Sequence record: PV357172.2
Length of the DNA stretch: 64,000 nt
From: a phage
Strand: one strand, 5' to 3'
Shown: positions 35,826 through 44,387 of the stretch, in pieces
How positions within the stretch are numbered: the stretch's first letter is position 1
How the letters are laid out: each line of letters starts with the position of its first letter
Position numbers and translations under genes: made by a program
The notes under the pieces: model-generated
Database searches by the model: none
The model's input: the letters and a program-made list of their open reading frames with translations, nothing else
Told to the model about the DNA's origin: nothing

Positions 35826-35935
35826 CCCTGTATATTTATACAGTGGAATAACCTGTGGATAAGTCTGTGTAAAAGTGCTGTAAAGCCTTCCTATTGTGTC
35901 AATCAAATTTACAAAATGTATAAACCTGTGGATAA
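35826..35935. repeat. right arm of inverted repeat carrying DnaA boxes
   Basis: Reverse complement of the left arm: CTGTATATTTATACAG palindrome and TGTGGATAA twice (35854, 35927). Confidence 0.7.
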
Positions 35936-36126
35936 CTTAAATGATAGTGGTTCTCACTAACTAATTTATACAGTTATTATATAACAAAATATAGTTAGTT
36001 GGCTAATAGGATTTTAAAGTGATTATGAGTCTGCTAAGTAAACCTGAAAAACTCATTAGGTAGTCTGCTAATGATTTTGATATAATATAATAGAGATTAA
36101 ACTAATAACATAAGGAAACAATAACA

Positions 36127-36645
36127 ATGGGTCTATTTAAAGATATAGATTATTCGCTTGCTAATGATAACTTTTATTATGATGAAACATCCCCATCATT
36201 TCTAAGATGGAAAGTACAGAAAGGTAATAGTAAGGTGGGGGATATTGCAGGGCATTATAGTAACACAGGTTACTATCGAGTAAAGTTAGCAGGCGAACAA
36301 TACGCAGTGCATAGAATAATATGGGTATTATTTAATGGTGAGATTGATAGCAATCTAACAATCGATCATAATGATCGTAACCGTGCTAATAATAACATTA
36401 ATAATCTTCGCTTAGTAGATCATAAGCAGAATACGAATAACAAGAAAGATTATAAGCGTGCTAATAAGTTGCCTAAGCATATCTATTATAATGGTTCTAG
36501 AGTTGATAATAACGGAAGAAACTATTTGCGCGCTATAGTTAAAGATCCTACTAGTAACAAAAGTGTTAGTAAATCAGGTTATGATTTACAAGAGTTATTA
36601 TTATGGGTAGAAACTAAAAAAGCTGAATTTGGGATTGTCAATTAA
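36127..36645 (+). CDS. HNH homing endonuclease
   Basis: HRIIWVLFNGEIDSNLTIDHNDRN...NNLRLVDHKQN HNH motif. Confidence 0.8.
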   Translation: MGLFKDIDYSLANDNFYYDETSPSFLRWKVQKGNSKVGDIAGHYSNTGYYRVKLAGEQYAVHRIIWVLFNGEIDSNLTIDHNDRNRANNNINNLRLVDHKQNTNNKKDYKRANKLPKHIYYNGSRVDNNGRNYLRAIVKDPTSNKSVSKSGYDLQELLLWVETKKAEFGIVN

Positions 36646-37033
36646 TTTATTTTATAAATTAACGCAATGCCACTTGATTTTAAAAAGTCAATACCTTTTC
36701 CAACTATTTTTCAATTTTGCTTTTGTTAAATATTTGTTAAATCGAAAATGGGCCGCCTAAAACGCCCTAGAAAGCGGTAAAATTTTCAGGTATGCCATTG
36801 CATTGCCTACCCTCGTTTATCGCTACCACGAGCTTTCTAGATTTTGTCAATATCCCCAAAGCAAATATAAATGAAAAAATTACTTGCCTATCTGCTTGGT
36901 TTTATGGTATTCACGCGCCCGTTCCTTTTAATTTAGGTGAGCGCCGCACGCCGTCCGGTGAAACTGTATTAGCCATATTGCTAATAATTTTGGTATAATA
37001 TAATAACCAAATGAAACTAATAGGAGAATATTA

Positions 37034-37375
37034 ATGATTGAGCTAACAAAAGATATTGATTTAGAAACTGTGCTAGATAATCTTTACTATGATGAAACTA
37101 GTCCCAGTTGCCTACGGTGGAAAGTATCCCGCCCCGGTTGCGCCCTTCATGGGGTAGCAGGTACTAAAAGAAAGGATGGTTACTGGTCTGTACAGCTCAA
37201 TAAAGAGCGTTACCTAGCGCATCGTATCGTGTGGTTATTATTTAATTATAAAATAGATAGCAAACTAGTAATTGATCATATTGATCGTAACCCTAGTAAT
37301 AATTTTATTGATAACTTACGGTTAGTAACTCAAGCCGAAAACAACCAAAATAAGGGAGGCTATAGAAAGGCGTAA
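37034..37375 (+). CDS. HNH homing endonuclease (short paralog)
   Basis: HRIVWLLFNYKIDSKLVIDHIDRN...DNLRLVTQAEN; upstream leader similar to that of 36127. Confidence 0.75.
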   Translation: MIELTKDIDLETVLDNLYYDETSPSCLRWKVSRPGCALHGVAGTKRKDGYWSVQLNKERYLAHRIVWLLFNYKIDSKLVIDHIDRNPSNNFIDNLRLVTQAENNQNKGGYRKA

Positions 37376-37616
37376 AACTTACGTTTCTTTACAAAAATAA
37401 GGTTGCGCCCTTTTCGGGAATCTCCTATTATTTATCACGTAGGGCGGCAATGACGAACTACACGGCGGGAAGTTTACCGCCGCGCTCTTTAAAAATTGGG
37501 TACATCTTAAAGCCTATCGGCGGTAAACTTATTCATTATAAGGAATCGACGATATGAAACAAACTTTATTGATCACTGGCAAGCCTAGCAAGGCACTAGA
37601 TAGCAAAACAAAAAAT

Positions 37617-37650
37617 TTGTTGACAGTAGCGCAAAATTCTGTAAAATGGC
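37617..37650 (+). promoter_or_regulatory. near-consensus sigma70 promoter (TTGACA, about 17 bp, TAAAAT)
   Basis: Lies inside track ORF 37554-37757, which I regard as non-coding; a second TTGACA-type promoter sits at about 37745-37775. Confidence 0.5.
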
Positions 37651-37986
37651 GATTCAAGCAATATTTGCAAGGTCGCCAGCAAGGTTTAGAAATGATCTGG
37701 CGAAACATTATGATTGACCTGAAGGAAAATCATAAAAAATCTCAAAAAATTGTTTGACAGCCTAGCCGATAGGTTTTAAGATGTACCCAGTTCGAAAAGA
37801 GCGATAACTTGATAAAATTTGACGGTCGGCACTTACCATAATGTGCCCCGCCCCCTAACGGGATATAGCGGCCTACGTGGAGTTCTTTAAATTGATTATA
37901 TTGGCGAGCGGATTGTTACTTATTACCTGCTGTTACTTTCTAGCAGGTAATGCGGAACAATCCCCAAATAACTAGGAGTTTATATT

Positions 37987-38238
37987 ATGAAAAACGTTAT
38001 TACCGCGCCTAAAATTGGTCAATCCGTTTTCATCCCTTTCGTTACTAAAACGGATGAATTAACCGGAAAAGCCGAGCGCATCAAAGGCGCAGCGCTTATG
38101 CCATTTGATACAATCGACGCGGTATACGCTGAAACGGAACGAAGTAACAACGGAAAAACTATTTACAGCGTTCGGGTTAAATCCGGCGACGTTGTAAAGG
38201 TTGTTCAACGCAACGAAAAATGGGAAGCTGTATTGTAA
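37987..38238 (+). CDS. hypothetical pre-early-region protein (83 aa)
   Basis: AGGAG SD; followed by hairpin ATCCCCC...GGGGGAT. Confidence 0.5.
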   Translation: MKNVITAPKIGQSVFIPFVTKTDELTGKAERIKGAALMPFDTIDAVYAETERSNNGKTIYSVRVKSGDVVKVVQRNEKWEAVL

Positions 38239-38336
38239 TTTAGTGTTAACTTTATATCCCCCAGTAGTTCGGGGGATATAACGATTAACATTATGTTAAT
38301 CTAATCCCTTAAATTAAACTAATAGGAGTTTTTACC

Positions 38337-38744
38337 ATGACTAACGCAAAAACCGCAAAATTCGCATGGAATGAAGAAAACACTCAGAAAGCTGTTACCA
38401 TGTACCAGCAGTTAATCAACGAAAACGGTTTAGATTTTGCAAATAGCGACGGCCTGAAAGAGATTGCAAAAGCAGTAGGCGCGGCTTCTCCTGTGTCTGT
38501 TCGCTCAAAATTGACCAGTGCAAAAGCCTATCAAAAAAGCGATAAGCCGCGTAAAGTTGGCGGCGGTAGTTCAATCCGTAAAGCGCATTATGTGCGAGTA
38601 ATTGCAAAACACGCTATCGATTCCGGCATTATCAAAGACGCCGATGATCTGGCAAGCCTTGAAAGTGCTAAACTGGAAACGCTGGACGCAGTAGCGCAAC
38701 TGTTAGGCGTTGCCGATGAAGTAAAACAGGCCGCAGGTGAATAA
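38337..38744 (+). CDS. hypothetical pre-early-region protein (135 aa)
   Basis: AGGAG SD; followed by hairpin GCCCCCT...AGGGGGC. Confidence 0.5.
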   Translation: MTNAKTAKFAWNEENTQKAVTMYQQLINENGLDFANSDGLKEIAKAVGAASPVSVRSKLTSAKAYQKSDKPRKVGGGSSIRKAHYVRVIAKHAIDSGIIKDADDLASLESAKLETLDAVAQLLGVADEVKQAAGE

Positions 38745-38832
38745 TTATATACCTTGCCCCCTTTAGTGAGGGGGCAATAATATAACTGTTTAGCGATAGT
38801 TGTTATCTTCCCTTAAATCAGGAGTTTTAAAA

Positions 38833-39030
38833 ATGATTTTCTTTCCTACTGAGTCATTAATTTTAGGCTTGTTTATTATGGCGGCCTCGTTATTGTTCGC
38901 TTATTTTCAAAATGATTTAGATTCATATTATTTTAAACGTAAATCTAAATTAGCAAAACGTTTAGGTCTGCTTTGTTTTATCGCTGCCGTTGCTTGTGGT
39001 GTTAGTTCTAGCCTAGTGCCTTTAAATTAA
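38833..39030 (+). CDS. small membrane protein
   Basis: ATG 38833 after AGGAG; hydrophobic. Confidence 0.45.
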   Translation: MIFFPTESLILGLFIMAASLLFAYFQNDLDSYYFKRKSKLAKRLGLLCFIAAVACGVSSSLVPLN

Positions 39031-39120
39031 TGTTGCAAATTATAACGCCTATTGTTCGAGGCGTTATATTTGGCAATATTGCCGTTATTAACCTAATCCC
39101 TTTAATGGAGCTTTATTACT

Positions 39121-40791
39121 ATGATTATTTCCGCAGAAAAACAAACCGTTATCCTGAAAATGGCCGCTGACTTTAATTTCTATGGTAAACGTCTGCGCGC
39201 TACTAAACTGGAGGTCTGCGACGATATATCAAAAGCAGTCTACGATACAACGAAACATTCCACCGCCATTTGTGATTGGCTGGAAGCAAACAAACCAGCG
39301 AAACCAAAAGCGGCAAAAGTAGCAAAAGCCATTAAAAACGATGAGCGCCCCGAAGCGGCGGGGATTGTTTCTAGCACGGTTGAACAGTGGGAAGTAAAAC
39401 AGGGTAAACGCTTTATTATTACGTCGATTCAGAATAATACTTTCCCGCATAAAAACTTTTTAGCCTCGCTTGAACAATTTGCTAAATATATCGGCGCTGA
39501 TTTGCTTGTTTCTAAGTATATTTATAATAAAAACGGTTTTCAAAATGGCGAGGGCGCGGATGGAATAAAGTATGATTCCGCGTTCGATAAATATATTTGC
39601 AGCAAAAACGTGTTTTTACATAACCGCCGTTTTGCTTTCATGGCTGAAATTAATGTTTTGCCAACCGCAGATTATCCGCTTTCTGGATTCGCAGAAACTG
39701 CTACCGCGCTCAATATTGAAGGGCTGGCAATTGGTCACGCTAAAATTACCGCCGAAAGCGTGCCAGCTTTAAAAGGTGAAGTAGTGCGCCGTATGTATTC
39801 AACCGGAACGGCAACGCTCAAAAACTACATTCAGCAGAAAGCAGGACAAAAGGCCGAGGCGCTGCATAACTTCGGTGCGCTTATTGTTGAGTTCGATGAT
39901 GATGGGGAATTTTTTGTTCGCCAGCTTGAAACAATGGACGAAAGCGGGGTGTTTTATGATCTGAATGTTTGCGCTACTCCTGCCGGATGCTATGAAACAT
40001 CGGGGCATGTTTTAGGCTTGCAGTATGGCGATATTCACGCCGAAAAATTAGATGAGGAGTGCGCCGCCGCATCTTGGGGGCATGGTGATACCTATGGGCT
40101 AGTAGATATTCTTAAACCAAAATATCAGTTTGTGCATGACGTGCATGATTTTACATCGCGCAATCATCATAACCGCGCATCCGGTGTATTCCTAGCGAAA
40201 CAGTATGCCGCCGGACGTGATAAAGTTCTGGATGATCTTATCGATACCGGTCGCGTGCTGGAATCAATGGAACGTGATTTTAGTCAAACAATCATTGTTG
40301 AATCGAATCACGATTTGGCGCTATCCCGTTGGCTTGATGATCGTAATGCTAACATTAAGGACGATCCCGCCAACGCCGAACTATATCACCGCCTGAATGC
40401 TGCGATTTACGGAGCTATTGCAGAAAAAGACGACACCTTCAACGTGCTAGATTATGCGCTGCGCAAGGTTGCAGGTTGTGAATTTAACGCCATTTTCCTA
40501 ACGACTGACCAATCTTTCAAGATTGCAGGTATTGAATGCGGCGTACACGGTCACAATGGCATTAACGGGAGCCGTGGCAATCCGAAACAATTTAAGAAAT
40601 TGGGCAAATTAAACACCGGACACACTCATACCGCCAGCATTTACGGCGGCGTTTATACCGCTGGCGTGGCTGGTAGTCTGGATATGGGTTACAACGTTGG
40701 CGCGTCAAGCTGGACACAAACGCATTTAATTACCTATGCAAACGGTCAACGCACTTTGATTGACTTTAAAAACGGTAAATTCTTTGCGTAA
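39121..40791 (+). CDS. A1: A1-like pre-early protein, Mre11/SbcD-type metallophosphatase nuclease (556 aa)
   Basis: Metallophosphatase motifs GDIHA, ESNHD, GHNG and GHTHT; length equals T5 A1 as I recall it. Confidence 0.65.
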   Translation: MIISAEKQTVILKMAADFNFYGKRLRATKLEVCDDISKAVYDTTKHSTAICDWLEANKPAKPKAAKVAKAIKNDERPEAAGIVSSTVEQWEVKQGKRFIITSIQNNTFPHKNFLASLEQFAKYIGADLLVSKYIYNKNGFQNGEGADGIKYDSAFDKYICSKNVFLHNRRFAFMAEINVLPTADYPLSGFAETATALNIEGLAIGHAKITAESVPALKGEVVRRMYSTGTATLKNYIQQKAGQKAEALHNFGALIVEFDDDGEFFVRQLETMDESGVFYDLNVCATPAGCYETSGHVLGLQYGDIHAEKLDEECAAASWGHGDTYGLVDILKPKYQFVHDVHDFTSRNHHNRASGVFLAKQYAAGRDKVLDDLIDTGRVLESMERDFSQTIIVESNHDLALSRWLDDRNANIKDDPANAELYHRLNAAIYGAIAEKDDTFNVLDYALRKVAGCEFNAIFLTTDQSFKIAGIECGVHGHNGINGSRGNPKQFKKLGKLNTGHTHTASIYGGVYTAGVAGSLDMGYNVGASSWTQTHLITYANGQRTLIDFKNGKFFA

Positions 40792-40847
40792 TTAAATTAT
40801 TCCCCTAGCGGCTTGAAATATAGCCGCTATTATAGGAGCTAAATTAA

Positions 40848-41105
40848 ATGAAAGTTACATTACCCAAAACATTGGACGAAAAAGTATTTATTTCACCGGA
40901 TGAAATGGAATCTGATAAAGTTTACAGCTTCGGGCCTATCCTAGCCGCCAAAACTAATACGGATGGTATTATTTCCGTCGATTCCCGTGATAACGATATT
41001 GTTCCTTTTGATGATGATGGCGCTTTTTATGAGTGGCTAAGCGATAATAATTTACCCGTAAACGGTGAATTAACGCCATACCAGATGCAGATTATTATCA
41101 AATAA
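40848..41105 (+). CDS. hypothetical protein (85 aa)
   Basis: Track ORF with AGGAG SD. Confidence 0.5.
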   Translation: MKVTLPKTLDEKVFISPDEMESDKVYSFGPILAAKTNTDGIISVDSRDNDIVPFDDDGAFYEWLSDNNLPVNGELTPYQMQIIIK

Positions 41106-41143
41106 ATTAAATCCATTATTAAACTAATTGGAGTTTTATAAAT

Positions 41144-41536
41144 ATGAAAAAGCAAAATATTCCCTTCGATCGCGCTCAGTCCTCAATTGTTCTGGTTTAT
41201 TCCAACGGCGAACGTTACCACGTCGAGGCTGGACACGTTATTGATGACCTATTAGATTTCAATGACGCTTTGCAGGTTACTACCTTTGCATATACGCAGG
41301 GCAAACTAACCAGCCATATTAAAGCAAAAGGCGTTTATGTTGACACGGTGAAACAAGAAACGATTATCATCGACGCCGTAAAATCCGGCCTAGCCTTTGC
41401 AGTTGTCGCGCCTTGCCTCGCTTGCCTTGATGATCAATTGATTAGTGCAAAGGTCTACACATGTGCGGGGATTCGTTCTAGCGTATCCGGTGAGGATGTT
41501 AGTTTTATCGCTGATGCGTTGGCTTATGGTCTTTAA
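41144..41536 (+). CDS. A2 candidate (130 aa)
   Basis: Size and position next to the A1-like gene only. Confidence 0.35.
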   Translation: MKKQNIPFDRAQSSIVLVYSNGERYHVEAGHVIDDLLDFNDALQVTTFAYTQGKLTSHIKAKGVYVDTVKQETIIIDAVKSGLAFAVVAPCLACLDDQLISAKVYTCAGIRSSVSGEDVSFIADALAYGL

Positions 41537-41616
41537 TAGTTGATTTATTATTGCCCGCTTATAAATAGCGGGTAATGCTGAATTAATCTAATCCCTTAAA
41601 TGGAGAACGTAACAAA

Positions 41617-42351
41617 ATGAATCAAGTTAAAACGAATATTACCCGTAATTTCCCGCATATTTCCCGCGTCATGATTTGGGATCTTGATGGCACTATCGTT
41701 AATTCATTCCATCGTGTCGCGCCTTGCTTTGATAGCGACGGGAATTTAAATTTAAATAAGTATAAAAATGAGGCTTGCAAACATGATTTAATAATGCAAG
41801 ATACTTTATTGCCTTTGGTGGAATATATGCGCCAATGCATGAATGACGCAAATACTTTAAACATTATTTGCACCGCTCGACTGATGAGCAAATCAGACTA
41901 TTATTATTTGCGTAAACAAGGATTGCGCGGGCGTGGTGATAGTAATATCCGTGTATTTTCCCGCGATACACTGCATAAATATTTTGAGGCTGATAAGGTT
42001 AGCGAAATATACCACAGCAAAGACGCAGTTTATAAATCGTATTATTTTGAGCTATTCAAACAACTATATCCGAACGCTGATTTTACAATGATTGATGATC
42101 ATAAAGGTGTATTATCAGCGGCAGCGTCATACGGATTTAAAACGCTGGACGCGCAAGCCGTTAATGATATTCTATCAATCGGCGTGGCATTGATAGGCGG
42201 AACCTTTATTGATGAATCTCTCGATGATGATAATGATTATCAGTTCCTAGCGGACCGATTGAAATTATGTTGGGAAAGTATGACCGAGGAAGAACGCGCA
42301 GAATATAGTTGCAGCCCGCAACAATATATTGAGAAATTAAAAGTTGCGTAA
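41617..42351 (+). CDS. dmp: HAD-superfamily phosphatase, Dmp-like 5'-deoxyribonucleotidase (244 aa)
   Basis: HAD motif I DLDGT and motif IV IDDH; same length as T5 Dmp as I recall it. Confidence 0.6.
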   Translation: MNQVKTNITRNFPHISRVMIWDLDGTIVNSFHRVAPCFDSDGNLNLNKYKNEACKHDLIMQDTLLPLVEYMRQCMNDANTLNIICTARLMSKSDYYYLRKQGLRGRGDSNIRVFSRDTLHKYFEADKVSEIYHSKDAVYKSYYFELFKQLYPNADFTMIDDHKGVLSAAASYGFKTLDAQAVNDILSIGVALIGGTFIDESLDDDNDYQFLADRLKLCWESMTEEERAEYSCSPQQYIEKLKVA

Positions 42352-42513
42352 TAATTAAAGTTGAAATAGTCACGGTGTGTAATGATAACATGCCGTGACT
42401 ATTAGCTTGCTAAGTACCGGGCGGTAATGAGACTCATTCTCATCTGGGGGGCCACTGCACCCACCCACGCGTACGTAATCCAAAGAATTTGGCAAAAGTC
42501 ATTTTAGTGCTAA

Positions 42514-43053
42514 TTAACTGTTTAATTGGGCAACGTCTGGTATACTTCCTTTGAACATCTCCTGTATTGCAAAGTCACCATGAAATGTCCTTCTTAGTAA
42601 ATTTGCATAATTTACGGCATCTTCTAATCCGCTATAGGGAAAGTACTTAGTAGTACCCCTTATCAGCCCCTGTTTATCATGTAATCTTACCATCCACTTC
42701 TGAAGTTCTTTATGCCATGTAACATTTAGATAGCCTGATGATGCTCTTGAGATTCTGCCATTATGATTATTCTCTGTAATTGAAGCCTCTCTTAAATTTG
42801 ACCATCTATTATTTAGTTTATTCCTATCTATGTGGTCTACACATTCCTCTGGCCATCTATTCTCCATAATAACAAAAGCTACTTGATGTGCATAAGCTTT
42901 AAACCCTCGATACTTAAGCTGCCTATATCCCCTATTTAAAGTACCTGCTTCTTTACCCTTACGATTGCCTCTTTTCCAGGTAAAAACTCCGGTTTCGGGA
43001 TCATAAGCAAATACTTCTTGTATTTCCTGTATGTTTAAATTATTCTTCATCAC
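42514..43053 (-). CDS. HNH homing endonuclease
   Basis: HQVAFVIMENRWPEECVDHIDRNKLNNRWSNLRE HNH motif. Confidence 0.75.
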   Translation of the reverse strand: MMKNNLNIQEIQEVFAYDPETGVFTWKRGNRKGKEAGTLNRGYRQLKYRGFKAYAHQVAFVIMENRWPEECVDHIDRNKLNNRWSNLREASITENNHNGRISRASSGYLNVTWHKELQKWMVRLHDKQGLIRGTTKYFPYSGLEDAVNYANLLRRTFHGDFAIQEMFKGSIPDVAQLNS

Positions 43054-43285
43054 TCACCTTTGCCCGAAATCTCTTCCGCGACGCCCGAGATCCATCCGAC
43101 CACTCCCGCTCAAACTCCGCACGTTTCTCGTCAAACTTCCGCTCCCTTTCCGCAATCTTCCGCTCCCTTTCCGCAATCTCCCGCGATACTTCCGCAGTAT
43201 ACTTACGATGCTTGTTAATAGCCGCAGTCATTCCGAAAACTCCCGCAAGTACCCCGATAATAAAAGCAATTATAATACTAAACAT
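43040..43285 (-). CDS. small membrane protein with charged repeat tail (81 aa)
   Basis: N-terminal TM helix then IAERERK repeated, encoded by a 21-bp tandem DNA repeat (about 43140-43185). Confidence 0.5.
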   Translation of the reverse strand: MFSIIIAFIIGVLAGVFGMTAAINKHRKYTAEVSREIAERERKIAERERKFDEKRAEFEREWSDGSRASRKRFRAKVSDEE

Positions 43286-43472
43286 CTAATTCCCTCTCAA
43301 TTTGCAGAATACGGGTACTATCACAACGTTGGAGTTCTACTAATTTTTCTAGAGCAAATTGTTGTTGTTTTACCTGAGCTTCTAGAGTTTTTAGGCGAAC
43401 ATACGCGTTATAAGAAACAATGAAAGTTGCCCAGACTAGTATTACTATTAGTGTAGCTACTACTTCCATCAT
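43278..43472 (-). CDS. TM plus coiled-coil small protein (64 aa), paralog family
   Basis: ATGATG start overlaps the upstream stop. Confidence 0.5.
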   Translation of the reverse strand: MMEVVATLIVILVWATFIVSYNAYVRLKTLEAQVKQQQFALEKLVELQRCDSTRILQIERELDV

Positions 43473-43576
43473 TTACGTTTCTCCGTTAGTAAAGTTTCAA
43501 TTCTAGCTAAGTGATTATCTAAAATACATTGCCCAATAATCATAATTCCCAGTAATGAAATAATTACCCATTCCAT
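43469..43576 (-). CDS. TM plus coiled-coil mini-protein (35 aa), paralog
   Basis: MEWVII...ARIETLLTEKRK, same N- and C-terminal signatures as the 61-aa neighbour; below track cutoff. Confidence 0.4.
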   Translation of the reverse strand: MEWVIISLLGIMIIGQCILDNHLARIETLLTEKRK

Positions 43577-43761
43577 TATTTACGCTCCTCTAATAAAGTT
43601 TCAATTCTAGATAACCTATTACTCAACTGCATTAATTTAACCTCTACTTGGGTTACAGAGGTATCTATTACACGTAAGCCTACAAAGAGAAGTATCAGTA
43701 GGATGAATATGCCAATAATTACCCATTCCATTAAATCCACCCCGCCATAGCTGCTAACCAA
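43576..43761 (-). CDS. TM plus coiled-coil small protein (61 aa), paralog
   Basis: ...MEWVIIGIFILLILL...RIETLLEERK. Confidence 0.5.
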   Translation of the reverse strand: MVSSYGGVDLMEWVIIGIFILLILLFVGLRVIDTSVTQVEVKLMQLSNRLSRIETLLEERK

Positions 43762-43922
43762 AAACCTACGAAGATTAGGAATAATACAAAACCAAATCCG
43801 TAAATATTAATCCACGCTTCGTACACTTCTCCGCGTCTGTTCTTTCTTTTGTTTGACATATCTTTCCTGCTCCTATAAATATAGTATTTGGAATATTTTA
43901 TAATTTGCGCATAGCCAACCAT
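43731..43922 (-). CDS. small protein with C-terminal TM helix (63 aa)
   Basis: Basic N-terminus, hydrophobic C-terminus; first gene of the minus-strand array. Confidence 0.45.
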   Translation of the reverse strand: MVGYAQIIKYSKYYIYRSRKDMSNKRKNRRGEVYEAWINIYGFGFVLFLIFVGFWLAAMAGWI

Positions 43923-44035
43923 GCTCGTGATTTCCTAGAAGGGCTTTTCACTTTCTTGCATAGTGTTTTCTGCTAGTACACCATCCAAGAAATAAAAAAT
44001 TTAGTTTACTTGGATGTCTTTTTGCTTTATACTAA

Positions 44036-44302
44036 TTACAAGTAATTAGATTGCTCTAGTTTAAATTTACAATCACCATATTTAAGGTCAAACTGACTGA
44101 GATCCCACCATCCAAACTTAGTACGGAGCTGTACTACTGGAAAGCGATCTCCCTTAATACGAACTTTTTGAACCTTGAGACCGTAATGTTCTTCTCCCTC
44201 ACCACCAAAAGATTTTACAAATCCAGTACAAAATGGTTTGGGAGCAGGTGCACAACCAGATAACATAACTGCGGCAACTAGTGTAATCACAAACTTTTTC
44301 AT
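44036..44302 (-). CDS. llp: Llp-like lipoprotein (receptor-blocking candidate)
   Basis: Signal peptide with lipobox LSGC; divergent from the RBP gene as llp is from oad in T5. Confidence 0.6.
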   Translation of the reverse strand: MKKFVITLVAAVMLSGCAPAPKPFCTGFVKSFGGEGEEHYGLKVQKVRIKGDRFPVVQLRTKFGWWDLSQFDLKYGDCKFKLEQSNYL

Positions 44303-44387
44303 ATTTATCTCTCCATTTCTAATTTATGAATATATTATAGCAAAATAGAGAGATGAAAGCAAATACATTTTTATAATAGGAGATTAT

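Noticed and set aside
36792-36998. 68-aa track ORF between the two HNH genes
   Set aside because: No RBS, lies in the duplicated promoter/leader region of the second HNH gene.
37554-37757. 67-aa track ORF in the pre-early region
   Set aside because: Contains a near-consensus TTGACA-17-TAAAAT promoter internally, is bracketed by an inverted repeat and lacks an SD; more likely regulatory DNA.
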